NCBI RefSeq assembly: GCF_054482525.1
Contig: NZ_CM137006.1
Direction: 5' to 3' (one strand)
Length of the DNA: 64,000 nucleotides
Shown one piece after another: positions 1-9,718 of this stretch. Within the stretch, counting starts at the first letter, position 1. Each line of letters begins with the position of its first letter. The notes under the pieces were generated by a model. The model did not search any database. It was not told the DNA's origin and was given only the letters and a program-made list of their open reading frames with translations. The translations under genes were made by a program, and so were the position numbers.

Positions 1-780
1 GCTGAACGCATGCAGGATGAGATTCTTCAGGAGCAAATCCTGATTGAAACCGAAGGCGAACGCATCGGGCAAATTAACGCCCTATCGGTCATTGAATTTC
101 CGGGTCATCCACGCGCTTTTGGCGAACCTTCTCGCATTAGCTGCGTTGTGCATATTGGCGATGGTGAATTCACCGACATCGAACGCAAAGCGGAGCTTGG
201 CGGCAATATCCATGCGAAAGGGATGATGATCATGCAGGCGTTCCTGATGTCGGAACTACAGCTTGAGCAACAGATCCCCTTCTCAGCATCGCTGACATTT
301 GAGCAGTCATACAGTGAAGTGGATGGCGATAGTGCCTCGATGGCTGAACTCTGCGCCCTGATAAGCGCCCTCGCCGATGTGCCGGTGAATCAGAGTATCG
401 CTATCACAGGTTCAGTCGATCAGTTCGGTCGCGCCCAGCCGGTCGGTGGTTTAAATGAGAAAATCGAAGGCTTCTTTGCTATTTGCCAGCAACGTGAGTT
501 AACGGGGAAACAAGGTGTCATTATCCCCACAGCTAACGTTCGCCATTTAAGTCTTCACAGTGAGCTGGTGAAAGCGGTAGAAGAAGGTAAATTCACCATC
601 TGGGCAGTAGACGATGTGACTGACGCACTGCCGTTATTATTAAATCTGGTGTGGGATGGCGAAGGCCAAACGACGCTGATGCAAACCATCCAGGAACGTA
701 TCGCGCAAGCATCGCAACAGGAAGGACGTCACCGTTTTCCATGGCCATTACGTTGGCTGAACTGGTTTATTCCGAACTGA
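1..780 (+). CDS. ycbZ: Lon-like protease YcbZ, C-terminal part (5' end outside window)
   Basis: ORF 10..780 is in frame from position 1; Lon proteolytic-domain-like sequence ([10 protein letters not shown] region); sits immediately upstream of fabA as in E. coli. Confidence 0.85.
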
Positions 781-791
781 TCGGACTTGTT
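775..791 (+). promoter_or_regulatory. FadR operator of the fabA promoter (AACTGATCGGACTTGTT)
   Basis: Sequence matches the FadR box known for fabA (recalled); lies about 60 nt upstream of the fabA ATG and overlaps the ycbZ stop codon. Confidence 0.7.
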
Positions 792-792
792 C

Positions 793-810
793 AGCGTACA
801 CGTGTTAGCT
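793..810 (+). promoter_or_regulatory. FabR operator of the fabA promoter (AGCGTACACGTGTTAGCT)
   Basis: Palindromic element directly downstream of the FadR box, followed by TATCCT as a likely -10; matches the described fabA FabR site (recalled). Confidence 0.6.
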
Positions 811-848
811 ATCCTGCGTGCTTCAATAAAATAAGGCTTACAGAGAAC

Positions 849-1367
849 ATGGTAGATAAACGCGAATCCTATACAAAAGAAGACCTTCTTGCCTCTGGTC
901 GCGGTGAACTGTTTGGCGCTAAAGGCCCGCAATTGCCAGCACCGAACATGCTGATGATGGACCGTGTGGTCAAAATGACCGAAACGGGTGGTAACTTCGA
1001 CAAAGGGTATGTTGAAGCAGAACTGGATATCAATCCGGATCTGTGGTTCTTCGGATGCCACTTCATTGGCGATCCGGTTATGCCAGGATGCCTGGGCCTG
1101 GACGCAATGTGGCAGCTGGTAGGGTTCTACCTCGGCTGGCTGGGCGGCGAAGGTAAAGGCCGCGCGCTGGGCGTTGGCGAAGTGAAATTCACTGGTCAGG
1201 TACTGCCGACAGCGAAAAAAGTGACCTACCGTATTCACTTTAAACGCATTGTTAACCGTCGTCTGATTATGGGCCTGGCGGATGGCGAAGTGCTGGTTGA
1301 TGGTCGTTTGATCTATACCGCCAGCGACCTGAAAGTCGGTTTGTTCCAGGATACGTCTGCCTTCTGA
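849..1367 (+). CDS. fabA: 3-hydroxydecanoyl-ACP dehydratase/isomerase FabA (172 aa)
   Basis: ORF-track 651..1367 trimmed to the internal ATG at 849 ([13 protein letters not shown]); active-site region [14 protein letters not shown]; the 5' extension overlaps ycbZ and the fabA promoter. Confidence 0.95.
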
Positions 1368-1395
1368 TTATAATCAGACAGAGTATCAAAAGGCG

Positions 1396-1424
1396 AAACC
1401 TCCGCAATGCGGAGGTTTCTTTTT
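1396..1424. terminator. Bidirectional rho-independent terminator between convergent fabA and rmf
   Basis: Perfect 10-bp stem AAACCTCCGC / GCGGAGGTTT with 3-nt loop, flanked by T-run on + and A-run (T-run on the minus strand). Confidence 0.75.
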
Positions 1425-1436
1425 AAAGAGACAGAA

Positions 1437-1604
1437 TCAGGCCATTACTACCCTGTCCGCCATGGCTTCTCGCCAGCCTCCCAGCCATTGTGACCTTTGA
1501 TTCAGCGTCTGATAGGGACACATTTCTTTTGAGCGTCCGGCGATGCCGGCCTGATAACCACGTTGATGTGCCCGTTCCAGGCGATCTCGTTTTTGTCTCT
1601 TCAT
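1437..1604 (-). CDS. rmf: Ribosome modulation factor (55 aa)
   Basis: Hand-translated minus-strand ORF MKRQKRDRLERAHQRGYQAGIAGRSKEMCPYQTLNQRSQWLGGWREAMADRVVMA; below the ORF-track length cutoff; the listed 65-aa ORF 1423..1620 is an overlapping wrong frame. Confidence 0.9.
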   Translation of the reverse strand: MKRQKRDRLERAHQRGYQAGIAGRSKEMCPYQTLNQRSQWLGGWREAMADRVVMA

Positions 1605-1803
1605 GCCTCGTTTCCCTCATACTGGTTTCTGGTGGAAAAGAAAACAGTGATTACTAAATGTGCAATCACAGTTAAGCAATACCGCGAATCATAACTGCCG
1701 TCAATGCGCAAAATTCACGCCACTGTCATATTTGTGAGCTACACGGGCATGTCGGTTGTACAAAAAATGTGAAGAGGAACAACTTTTTCCGCACCTTAGA
1801 AAC

Positions 1804-1837
1804 AAAAAAACCGCCTCAGGCAACATACCGGAGACGG
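1804..1837 (-). terminator. Putative pqiC terminator hairpin
   Basis: Imperfect stem CCGCCTC..GAGACGG (one G-U pair in the minus-strand transcript) followed by a U-run on the minus strand just downstream of the pqiC stop. Confidence 0.4.
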
Positions 1838-1859
1838 TTATATTTACAAATCTTTATAA

Positions 1860-2423
1860 TTAAGGTAGACGCTTTATCTCTTGCGCAATAGAAGCGGCTT
1901 CCTGACTCCAGACACTGGCCAGTACTTTAACCATCTCATCGTAACCATCCTGAGTTTGCACCCCTTCCAGACGGAACGGACGTTTGATCAGTTGTCCCTG
2001 GTGGTTCAACAGCCATTCACCACTGACAATGACCTTGCCATCATAGCGACCGTTAAACTCCGTTACGGTAACATTGAGCGTGTCCTGGGCGCTTCCCAGA
2101 GGCTGGGAGGCAACCACCCAGCCGGGCAGTTGCGTACTCAGGTTGGCAACCAGAGTGTTGCGCAACTGTTGATCCAACGGGCTGGCCCACAAGTTGTTGT
2201 TGGCAATCACATACTTCACATCACTGGTTTGATAAACCACACCATTTCCGGCCAGATAGTCAGGAACAGCGAACTGCTCTACCCATAACAGGCGATTACC
2301 CTGGCTGGCGGTACTTTGTGTACCGCTCTGCACCACAGGTAACTGGTAATAGTTTTTATTAATTTCGCCGGAGCTGCATCCGGCCAGCCACAGTGCTGCA
2401 ATCGTCACTAGCCACTTTTTCAT
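1860..2423 (-). CDS. pqiC: Paraquat-inducible lipoprotein PqiC (YmbA)
   Basis: ORF track, 187 aa; signal peptide with lipobox LAGCSS; 4-nt overlap with pqiB stop. Confidence 0.9.
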   Translation of the reverse strand: MKKWLVTIAALWLAGCSSGEINKNYYQLPVVQSGTQSTASQGNRLLWVEQFAVPDYLAGNGVVYQTSDVKYVIANNNLWASPLDQQLRNTLVANLSTQLPGWVVASQPLGSAQDTLNVTVTEFNGRYDGKVIVSGEWLLNHQGQLIKRPFRLEGVQTQDGYDEMVKVLASVWSQEAASIAQEIKRLP

Positions 2424-4060
2424 TGTTTCGCCCTCTTCGGCTCTGGATCTTTTTTGTCCTTCGCTTCAAATACCAGCGCGTTACTCTTCTCATTGAGCGT
2501 TTTCAGCACCGGTTGCAGTTCTCGCAACACCTGATCAAGGCGCTGCATATCCGCCACCATCTTGTTGTAGGCTGCGGAGCCAGGCTGGAAGCCCTGCATA
2601 CTGCGATTCAATTCACGCAACGTTGACTGCATATCCGTCGGTAACTGCTGCATCGACTGGCTGGCGAGGATCTTGTTCATGCTATCCAGCGTCGTTTGCA
2701 GGTTTTTCATTGTGCGCTGACTTTCAGAAAGCGTACTGGTTGCCTGTTCAATCATCGGATTCAATGGCAGTTTGTTGATCTTATCCAACGCTTCCATCAG
2801 TCGTTGCTGGATTTGCGCCAGACCGCCGCTAACGGTCGGGATAATCTGATAACCATTAAATTCACGAATACCGGTTATTGCAGGCGTATTTGGATAGAAA
2901 TCGAGATCAACATACAGTGCGCCAGTGACCAGGTTTCCGGTTTTCAGCGATCCACGTAAACCACGTTTCAACAATTCGCCAAGGTGCTCAACAACATCCG
3001 CATTTTCGCCAAGCTGCATTTTCAGCCGCTCTGGCTCGATACGAATCAGTACCGGAATACGGTAATCATCGTTAAATGTCTGACGCATATTCGGCGCAAA
3101 GAATGGCACTTTGCTTACGGTACCCAGGCGAATACCCCGGAATTCTACCGGAGCTCCCGGTTGCAGACCGCGTACCGAATCTTTAAAGAACATCAGATAA
3201 TCAATGTGATCGGTGTACAACGAATCCTGAATGCTCTTCTGATCATCATACAAAACGAAAGCTGTTTTCGGTGCCACTGGCTGCCCTAAATCCAGACCTT
3301 CCGGCACATCAAAGCTGACACCGCCACTAAGCAGCGTTGTCAATGAGCCCATCTCCACACGCATTCCCGCTGACGTCAAATCAACCGCAATGCCACTATC
3401 TTTCCAGAAGCGAACATTGCTGGTCACCAGTCGGTCATAAGGTGCATTGATGAACAGTTGATAGCTGATATTGCGTTTTTGCGTATCGAAGGTGCTGGTT
3501 TCAACCGAACCTACCCGATAGCCACGGAACAGCACGGGATCTCCTGGCGAGAGCTGCCCGGCTTTTTTGCTATCGAGAATCACACGGATACCTTTCGCAT
3601 CAGGCGGGGCCAACGGTGGCGAGTCCAGCAAATCGTATTTATCCATTTTGCTGCCTTTCGCGCCTGGCTGCAGTTCGATATAAACCCCAGACAGCAGCGT
3701 TCCCAGGCCGCTAATCCCTTCTCGACCAATCTGCGGTTTCACCACCCAAAAGACGGTATCTTTATGCAGCAATTTTTCCATACCGGAATTCAGCCGCGCT
3801 TTGATTTCAACGTGCGTCAAATCATCAGCCAGTGTGGCGCTTTCAACCACGCCGACGTCAACGCTACGGCTTTTAATGGTGGTTTTACCACCTTCTATTC
3901 CTTCCGCATTCGCGGTGATCAGGGTCACTTCCGGCCCCTGATGGCTGTAATGATAAAAAAGAACCCAGGCCCCAATGAGCGCCGTGACGATAGGAAATAT
4001 CCACACGGGAGACCAGTTCTTCACTTTCTGGATTTTGGCTTCCCCATTATTAGATTCCAT
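2420..4060 (-). CDS. pqiB: MCE-domain intermembrane transport protein PqiB (546 aa)
   Basis: ORF-track 2420..4120 trimmed to the conserved start MESNNGEAKIQ; single N-terminal TM helix followed by repeated MCE-like domains. Confidence 0.9.
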   Translation of the reverse strand: MESNNGEAKIQKVKNWSPVWIFPIVTALIGAWVLFYHYSHQGPEVTLITANAEGIEGGKTTIKSRSVDVGVVESATLADDLTHVEIKARLNSGMEKLLHKDTVFWVVKPQIGREGISGLGTLLSGVYIELQPGAKGSKMDKYDLLDSPPLAPPDAKGIRVILDSKKAGQLSPGDPVLFRGYRVGSVETSTFDTQKRNISYQLFINAPYDRLVTSNVRFWKDSGIAVDLTSAGMRVEMGSLTTLLSGGVSFDVPEGLDLGQPVAPKTAFVLYDDQKSIQDSLYTDHIDYLMFFKDSVRGLQPGAPVEFRGIRLGTVSKVPFFAPNMRQTFNDDYRIPVLIRIEPERLKMQLGENADVVEHLGELLKRGLRGSLKTGNLVTGALYVDLDFYPNTPAITGIREFNGYQIIPTVSGGLAQIQQRLMEALDKINKLPLNPMIEQATSTLSESQRTMKNLQTTLDSMNKILASQSMQQLPTDMQSTLRELNRSMQGFQPGSAAYNKMVADMQRLDQVLRELQPVLKTLNEKSNALVFEAKDKKDPEPKRAKQ

Positions 4061-4064
4061 ACTG

Positions 4065-5318
4065 TCAGGACTCCTCATGCTCTGATTCAGGTTGACGATC
4101 CCACGACAAACGCGGGTCAAACGTCATAGCAGAAAACATTGTCATTATGACGACTAAAGCAAACATTAATGCACCCATTGCCGGATAAATACTCATTAAA
4201 CCTCCCATACGCACCAGCGCCGAGAGCACCGCGATAACGAAAACGTCAATCATCGACCAGCGGCCTACAAACTCAACAACTTCATAAATCAAATGCATTC
4301 TTTCACTGTCGCGCTTGCCATGCCCTTTGGCATCCCAACACAGCCACGCGATGGCGATCATCTTTAACGTTGGCACCATAATACTGGCCAGAAAGATCAC
4401 CGCAGCGACGGGATAAGAGCCTTCGCTCCATAATAGGATGACCCCAGCGAGAATCGTCGATGGCATCTTCGAGCCTAATAAATCCGTCACCATGATGGGC
4501 AAAATATTAGCCGGAAGATACAGCATGATGGACGTAACAAGCAGCGCGAGTGTCCATTGCAGGCTGTTTCTACGCCGAACGTACCCTTTGGTACTACAGC
4601 GCGGGCATACGGGTTCGTCAGCAGGAAGGATTGCCGTACAACAGGAGCATGAACGCAGCCCCTGACGTATCCCCGTGACGCCTAGTTTTAGCGGCTGGCG
4701 CAGTTCTGGCATCGGGGCGATATCGTCCCATAACCAGCGACGATCAACGCACTGAAAGGCGCGCAGTTGCAGGACACAAAATAAACACCAGGGGAGAAAG
4801 CTACTGCCGACACCAATGCTGCCGTAGGCCATCAGTTTAACGAAACTGACCAGCACTCCCGCGAGGAAAATCTCCGCCATTCCCCAGGTTTTGAGTTGAA
4901 AAAGCACCCGTGCCAGTTGCTCTTTTAAACGGACCGGTAATTCCGCGCGATTCACCAGTAACAGAATGGTTATCAGACAAAACGCGGGAACCAGTTGCAC
5001 AAACAACAGGAAAAAGGTGCCGAGGCTGGCGTAGTCCTCAGAAAAAAGCACGCCGGGAATTTCCAGTAATGTAATTTCACTGGTGACTCCCGCAACGTTC
5101 ATATTCACAAAAGGAAACAAGTTGGACAGCAACAGCATGAACAGTGCAGCCAACGCATAGGCGGTGGGACGCTGCCGAGGGGCATCCCACGCCACGGTTA
5201 ACGTTGTGCCACACCGGGGACATGCCGCTTTCTGACCATGCTCAAGGCGCGGTAACGCCACCAGCATGTCACACTGCGAGCACAGGATGTGCTTCGCGGC
5301 ATGATGATGTTCGCACAT
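4065..5318 (-). CDS. pqiA: Inner-membrane protein PqiA
   Basis: ORF track, 417 aa; two Cys-rich zinc-ribbon-like motifs (CSQCD...CPRCG, CSCC...CPRC) with multiple TM segments. Confidence 0.9.
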   Translation of the reverse strand: MCEHHHAAKHILCSQCDMLVALPRLEHGQKAACPRCGTTLTVAWDAPRQRPTAYALAALFMLLLSNLFPFVNMNVAGVTSEITLLEIPGVLFSEDYASLGTFFLLFVQLVPAFCLITILLLVNRAELPVRLKEQLARVLFQLKTWGMAEIFLAGVLVSFVKLMAYGSIGVGSSFLPWCLFCVLQLRAFQCVDRRWLWDDIAPMPELRQPLKLGVTGIRQGLRSCSCCTAILPADEPVCPRCSTKGYVRRRNSLQWTLALLVTSIMLYLPANILPIMVTDLLGSKMPSTILAGVILLWSEGSYPVAAVIFLASIMVPTLKMIAIAWLCWDAKGHGKRDSERMHLIYEVVEFVGRWSMIDVFVIAVLSALVRMGGLMSIYPAMGALMFALVVIMTMFSAMTFDPRLSWDRQPESEHEES

Positions 5319-5447
5319 TGGTACTCCTTAATGATGCGCTATTTTACAGATGACGAACAAAGTGTTGGTTTTCATGCCTGATAAACCCAGTTCATCAGGC
5401 AATTTTACCATTGTCAGCTGTCTCTGTTTAAATCGACTATTTTGCGA

Positions 5448-7355
5448 TCAGCCACCATTTTTTAACGCTTCAAGATACTCCCAGCGTTCAAAGGCTTGCT
5501 CCAGCTCCTGCTCTGCAGCAGCCATATCGGCGAGCACTTTTTGTGTCTGCTCATGGGGCTGACTGAAGAAGGAAGCATCCGCCACCTGCGTCTGTAGGGC
5601 TTCCAGCTTCGCCTCCAGATCTTCGAGCAATTGCGGTAGCTGCTCCAGTTCGCGCTGCAATTTATAGCTTAGTTTGCTACTGCTGCGTTTTACAGTTTCT
5701 GCTTTTGGCGCGGCGGCTTCTTCGATTTTTTTCACCGCAGGCTGTTTGAGCGCCACATACTGTTCTTGCTGACCACGGGCATCATGATAACCGCCGACAT
5801 AACGACCAATTTTACCGCCGCCTTCGAAGATCCAGCATTCTGTAACGGTGTTATCGACAAACTGACGATCGTGGCTCACCAGCAATACCGTGCCCTGGTA
5901 GCTGTCGATCAGTTCTTCCAGCAGTTCCAGCGTTTCAACATCAAGATCGTTGGTCGGTTCGTCAAGAATCAATAAGTTGCTTGGTTTGAGGAACAAACGC
6001 GCCAACAACAATCGGTTACGCTCACCGCCAGAAAGCGCACGTACCGGCGTCATCGCCCGTTTCGGATGGAACAGGAAGTCCTGCAAATAGCCCAAAACAT
6101 GGCGTGGCTTGCCGTTAACCATCACCTCTTGCTTACCTTCAGCAAGGTTATCCATCACCGTTTTATCGGGATCCAGTTCCGCACGGTGCTGATCGAAATA
6201 AGCCACTTCCAGTTTGGTGCCAACGTGAATACGCCCGCTGTCCGCCTGAAGCTGACCGAGCATCAGTTTCAGCAGCGTGGTTTTGCCGCATCCATTCGGA
6301 CCAATCAGGGCAATTTTGTCGCCACGTAGAACCTGGGCAGAAAAATCTTTCACCAGTTGCTTACCGTCGACCTGGTAGCAAACGTCTTCCATTTCGAAAA
6401 CGATCTTACCGGAGCGGCTGGCCTCTTCCACCTGCATCTTTGCGGTACCCATCACTTCGCGACGTTCGCCACGCTCGCGACGCATTGCTTTCAGGGCGCG
6501 TACGCGGCCTTCATTACGGGTACGGCGTGCTTTGATCCCCTGGCGGATCCACACCTCTTCCTGCGCCAGTTTGCGATCGAACTCGGCATTTTGTAGTTCT
6601 TCCACGCGCAGGGCTTCTTCTTTTTCCAGCAGGTACTGGTCGTAATTCCCTGGATAGGTCACAAGCTTGCCGCGATCGAGATCAACAATGCGCGTCGCCA
6701 TATTGCGGATAAACGAACGGTCGTGGGAGATGAAAATTATCGTCCCATTGAAGGTTTTAAGGAATCCTTCCAGCCAGTCGATGGTTTCGATATCCAGGTG
6801 GTTAGTCGGTTCGTCGAGCAGCAATACGCGCGGATTGCTCACCAGCGCGCGTCCTAATGCCGCTTTACGCAACCAGCCGCCAGAAAGCGACGACAGCGCA
6901 ACATTAGGATCTAACCCCAGTTGCGCCAGCACTTCGTTAATGCGGTTTTCCAGCTGCCACAGGTTGTGGTGATCCAGCTGTTCCTGAACCTTCGCCAGTT
7001 CGTTGAGATTTTTCTCGCTCGGGTCGTTCATCACCAGGCGCGAAATATCGTGATAGCGTTTCAGGTATTCCGCTTGTTCTTCAATGCCTTCGGCAACGAA
7101 ATCATAAACACTCCCCTCAACGTTACGCGGCGGATCCTGTTGCAGACGAGCGACAATCAAATCTTGCTCGTAAATAATGCGACCGTCATCCAGCCCTTGT
7201 TCACGGTTGAGGATTTTCATTAACGTCGATTTGCCTGCGCCGTTGCGGCCCACCAGACAAACACGTTCGTTATCTTCGATATGCAGTTCTGCGTTATCGA
7301 GAAGCGGCGCGTCGCTGAACGACAGCCATGCGCCATGCATACTGATTAATGACAT
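5448..7355 (-). CDS. uup: ABC-F family ATPase Uup
   Basis: ORF track, 635 aa; two Walker A motifs (GRNGAGKST, GPNGCGKTT) and a C-terminal coiled-coil tail. Confidence 0.95.
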   Translation of the reverse strand: MSLISMHGAWLSFSDAPLLDNAELHIEDNERVCLVGRNGAGKSTLMKILNREQGLDDGRIIYEQDLIVARLQQDPPRNVEGSVYDFVAEGIEEQAEYLKRYHDISRLVMNDPSEKNLNELAKVQEQLDHHNLWQLENRINEVLAQLGLDPNVALSSLSGGWLRKAALGRALVSNPRVLLLDEPTNHLDIETIDWLEGFLKTFNGTIIFISHDRSFIRNMATRIVDLDRGKLVTYPGNYDQYLLEKEEALRVEELQNAEFDRKLAQEEVWIRQGIKARRTRNEGRVRALKAMRRERGERREVMGTAKMQVEEASRSGKIVFEMEDVCYQVDGKQLVKDFSAQVLRGDKIALIGPNGCGKTTLLKLMLGQLQADSGRIHVGTKLEVAYFDQHRAELDPDKTVMDNLAEGKQEVMVNGKPRHVLGYLQDFLFHPKRAMTPVRALSGGERNRLLLARLFLKPSNLLILDEPTNDLDVETLELLEELIDSYQGTVLLVSHDRQFVDNTVTECWIFEGGGKIGRYVGGYHDARGQQEQYVALKQPAVKKIEEAAAPKAETVKRSSSKLSYKLQRELEQLPQLLEDLEAKLEALQTQVADASFFSQPHEQTQKVLADMAAAEQELEQAFERWEYLEALKNGG

Positions 7356-7366
7356 TACTATTCCTT

Positions 7367-9475
7367 TCAGGCTACGGTAATCAGCCAGCAGTTGTGGATC
7401 TGGCGGTTACGGGCGAAATCCTGGGAGAGCGTTTTTTGCGTAATTTCTTGTGCTTTCAGTCCCAGTTTTGCCAGGCCGTCGAGATCCATACGGAAGCCAC
7501 GTTTGTTGTTCGAGAACATGATCGTCCCACCTGCACGCAGCAGACGTTTCAGATCTTTCATCAGCGCCAGATGATCGCGCTGAACATCAAACGCATCTTC
7601 CATTCGTTTTGAGTTAGAGAAGGTTGGCGGATCGATAAAGATCAGATCGAACTGTTCATTTGCCTCACGCAGCCACGCCAGGCAATCGGCCTGAATCAGG
7701 CGATGCGCACGCCCGGTTAGGCCATTCAGACGCAGGTTGCGTTCTGCCCACTCCAGATAAGTACGCGACATATCCACGGTGGTGGTGCTGCGTGCACCGC
7801 CTAATCCCGCGTGCACGGTGGCGCTGCCGGTATAAGAGAACAGGTTGAGGAAATCTTTGCCTTTGCTCATCTGACCGAGCATACGACGGGCGATACGGTG
7901 ATCGAGGAACAGACCGGTATCGAGGTAATCCGTCAGGTTCACCCACAAGTGAGCGTTATATTCGGTAACTTCGAGAAACTCGCCCTTCTCGCCCAGTTTC
8001 TGGTACTGATTTTTGCCCTTCTGGCGTTCACGGGTTTTCAGCACCAGTTTGTTTGGCGCAATCCCCAATACCGAAATGGTTGCAGCGATAATATCGAACA
8101 GACGCTGACGCGCTTTGTGCGCATCAATAGTTTTTGGCGGCGCATACTCCTGCACCACCACCCAATCGGCGTAGCGGTCAACTGCAACGTTGTATTCCGG
8201 TAGATCGGCGTCGTACAGGCGGTAGCATTCAATGCCTTCCTGACGCGCCCACTTCTCGAATTTTTTGAGGTTCTTACGCAGACGGTTGGCGTAGTCTTCT
8301 GCCACCATTGCCGGTTTGCTGTCTGGTGTGCTTTCGGCAACGTGGTAATTTTTCTGCACGCAGTCTAATGGACCGTTTTTCGCTTTGTACTGTTTGTCTG
8401 CACGCAACTGCAGGCAACTTAACAGATCCGGCGAGGCACTGAATAAAGAGAGATTCCAGCCACCGAACTGGTTTTTCATGATTCGGCCCAGCAGACTATG
8501 CAGCGCAATCAGCGCCGGTTCGCTGTCCAGACGTTCACCGTATGGCGGGTTGCTCAACACTGTACCGTACGGCCCTTTCGGCAGCGGATTGGTCAGTTGC
8601 GCGACATCTTTCACCTCAAAGGTGATCAGTTCACCAATCCCCGCAAGACGGGCGTTAGTGCGCGCACGTTGAATCACCCGTGCGTCGCTGTCCGAACCGT
8701 AAAAATGAGAGCTATACTCAGCCAGGCCTTTACGGGCGCGAGTTTGCGCTTCCGCTTTCACTTCCTGCCAGATAGCTTCATCATGCTGCGCCCAGCCGCT
8801 AAAGCCCCAACGCCCACGGTGCAAGCCTGGTGCGCGATCGGTCGCCAGCATCGCCGCTTCAATCAGCAACGTACCGGAACCACACATCGGATCGAGCAGC
8901 GGTGTTCCTGGCTGCCAGCCGGATCGCATCACAATCGCGGCTGCCAGGGTTTCTTTGATCGGCGCAATACCAGCACGATCGCGATAGCCACGCAGATGTA
9001 AACCATCACCACTGAGATCAAGGGCGATACTGGCGGTTTCTTTATGCAGCCAGACGTTAACGCGGATATCCGGCGCATCGCGATCAACATTTGGACGCGG
9101 CAGATTTTTCCGCGTGAAAGCATCGACAATCGCGTCTTTCACTTTCATCGCACCGTACTGACTGTTGCGGATGGTGTCATTCAAACCACTGAAGTGGACA
9201 GCGAAGGTCGCGCCAGGATTAAACATCTCTGTCCAGTTGATCGCCTGAACACCGAGATAGAGGTCTAAATCGCTGTAAACCTTACACTCGCCCAGCGGCA
9301 ACATAATACGCGAGGCCAGGCGGCTCCACATCAGGCTCTGGTAAACAAGCCGTGTGTCGCCCTTGAAATGGACCCCACCCTGAACCACCTGGCATTCAAC
9401 GGCCCCCAGGTTTTCCAGTTCAGTTTTTAACAGCTCTTCCAGCCCACGGGCCGTACTGGCAAACAGAGAATTCAT
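7367..9475 (-). CDS. rlmL: Bifunctional 23S rRNA m2G2445/m7G2069 methyltransferase RlmKL
   Basis: ORF track, 702 aa; two SAM-methyltransferase regions; conserved position next to uup. Confidence 0.95.
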   Translation of the reverse strand: MNSLFASTARGLEELLKTELENLGAVECQVVQGGVHFKGDTRLVYQSLMWSRLASRIMLPLGECKVYSDLDLYLGVQAINWTEMFNPGATFAVHFSGLNDTIRNSQYGAMKVKDAIVDAFTRKNLPRPNVDRDAPDIRVNVWLHKETASIALDLSGDGLHLRGYRDRAGIAPIKETLAAAIVMRSGWQPGTPLLDPMCGSGTLLIEAAMLATDRAPGLHRGRWGFSGWAQHDEAIWQEVKAEAQTRARKGLAEYSSHFYGSDSDARVIQRARTNARLAGIGELITFEVKDVAQLTNPLPKGPYGTVLSNPPYGERLDSEPALIALHSLLGRIMKNQFGGWNLSLFSASPDLLSCLQLRADKQYKAKNGPLDCVQKNYHVAESTPDSKPAMVAEDYANRLRKNLKKFEKWARQEGIECYRLYDADLPEYNVAVDRYADWVVVQEYAPPKTIDAHKARQRLFDIIAATISVLGIAPNKLVLKTRERQKGKNQYQKLGEKGEFLEVTEYNAHLWVNLTDYLDTGLFLDHRIARRMLGQMSKGKDFLNLFSYTGSATVHAGLGGARSTTTVDMSRTYLEWAERNLRLNGLTGRAHRLIQADCLAWLREANEQFDLIFIDPPTFSNSKRMEDAFDVQRDHLALMKDLKRLLRAGGTIMFSNNKRGFRMDLDGLAKLGLKAQEITQKTLSQDFARNRQIHNCWLITVA

Positions 9476-9718
9476 ATCGTCACTTTTACTCTAAGAGCCT
9501 ACCGCAGTAGGCGTAATTGTTGCAGTCAGTCTGGACATGGACAGCGCGGAGAAACCGGAGCGTACACAAGTACGTGAGGATTTCGAGCACTTCCCTGGGC
9601 CAAACTGACAAATAAAATAGCCTAATGGGACAGGCGCTAAGAAAATTGTTGCGCATTATAGCTAATAAGCGCGTCATGTCATAAAGTTGAGGGCTTATTT
9701 TCATTTGAGGACCGCACC

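Noticed and set aside
651-1367. 238-aa ORF extending fabA 66 codons upstream
   Set aside because: The extension overlaps the ycbZ 3' end and the FadR/FabR operators; the conserved FabA start is the internal ATG at 849
1423-1620. 65-aa minus-strand ORF (MRETRHEETK...)
   Set aside because: Wrong reading frame overlapping rmf; the authentic 55-aa rmf frame (1437..1604) encodes the recognisable ribosome modulation factor sequence
5376-5400. Hairpin GCCTGAT...ATCAGGC between uup and pqiA as a uup terminator or mar/sox box
   Set aside because: Stem is short with a weak U-tract, and I could not identify a SoxS/MarA box by eye with any confidence
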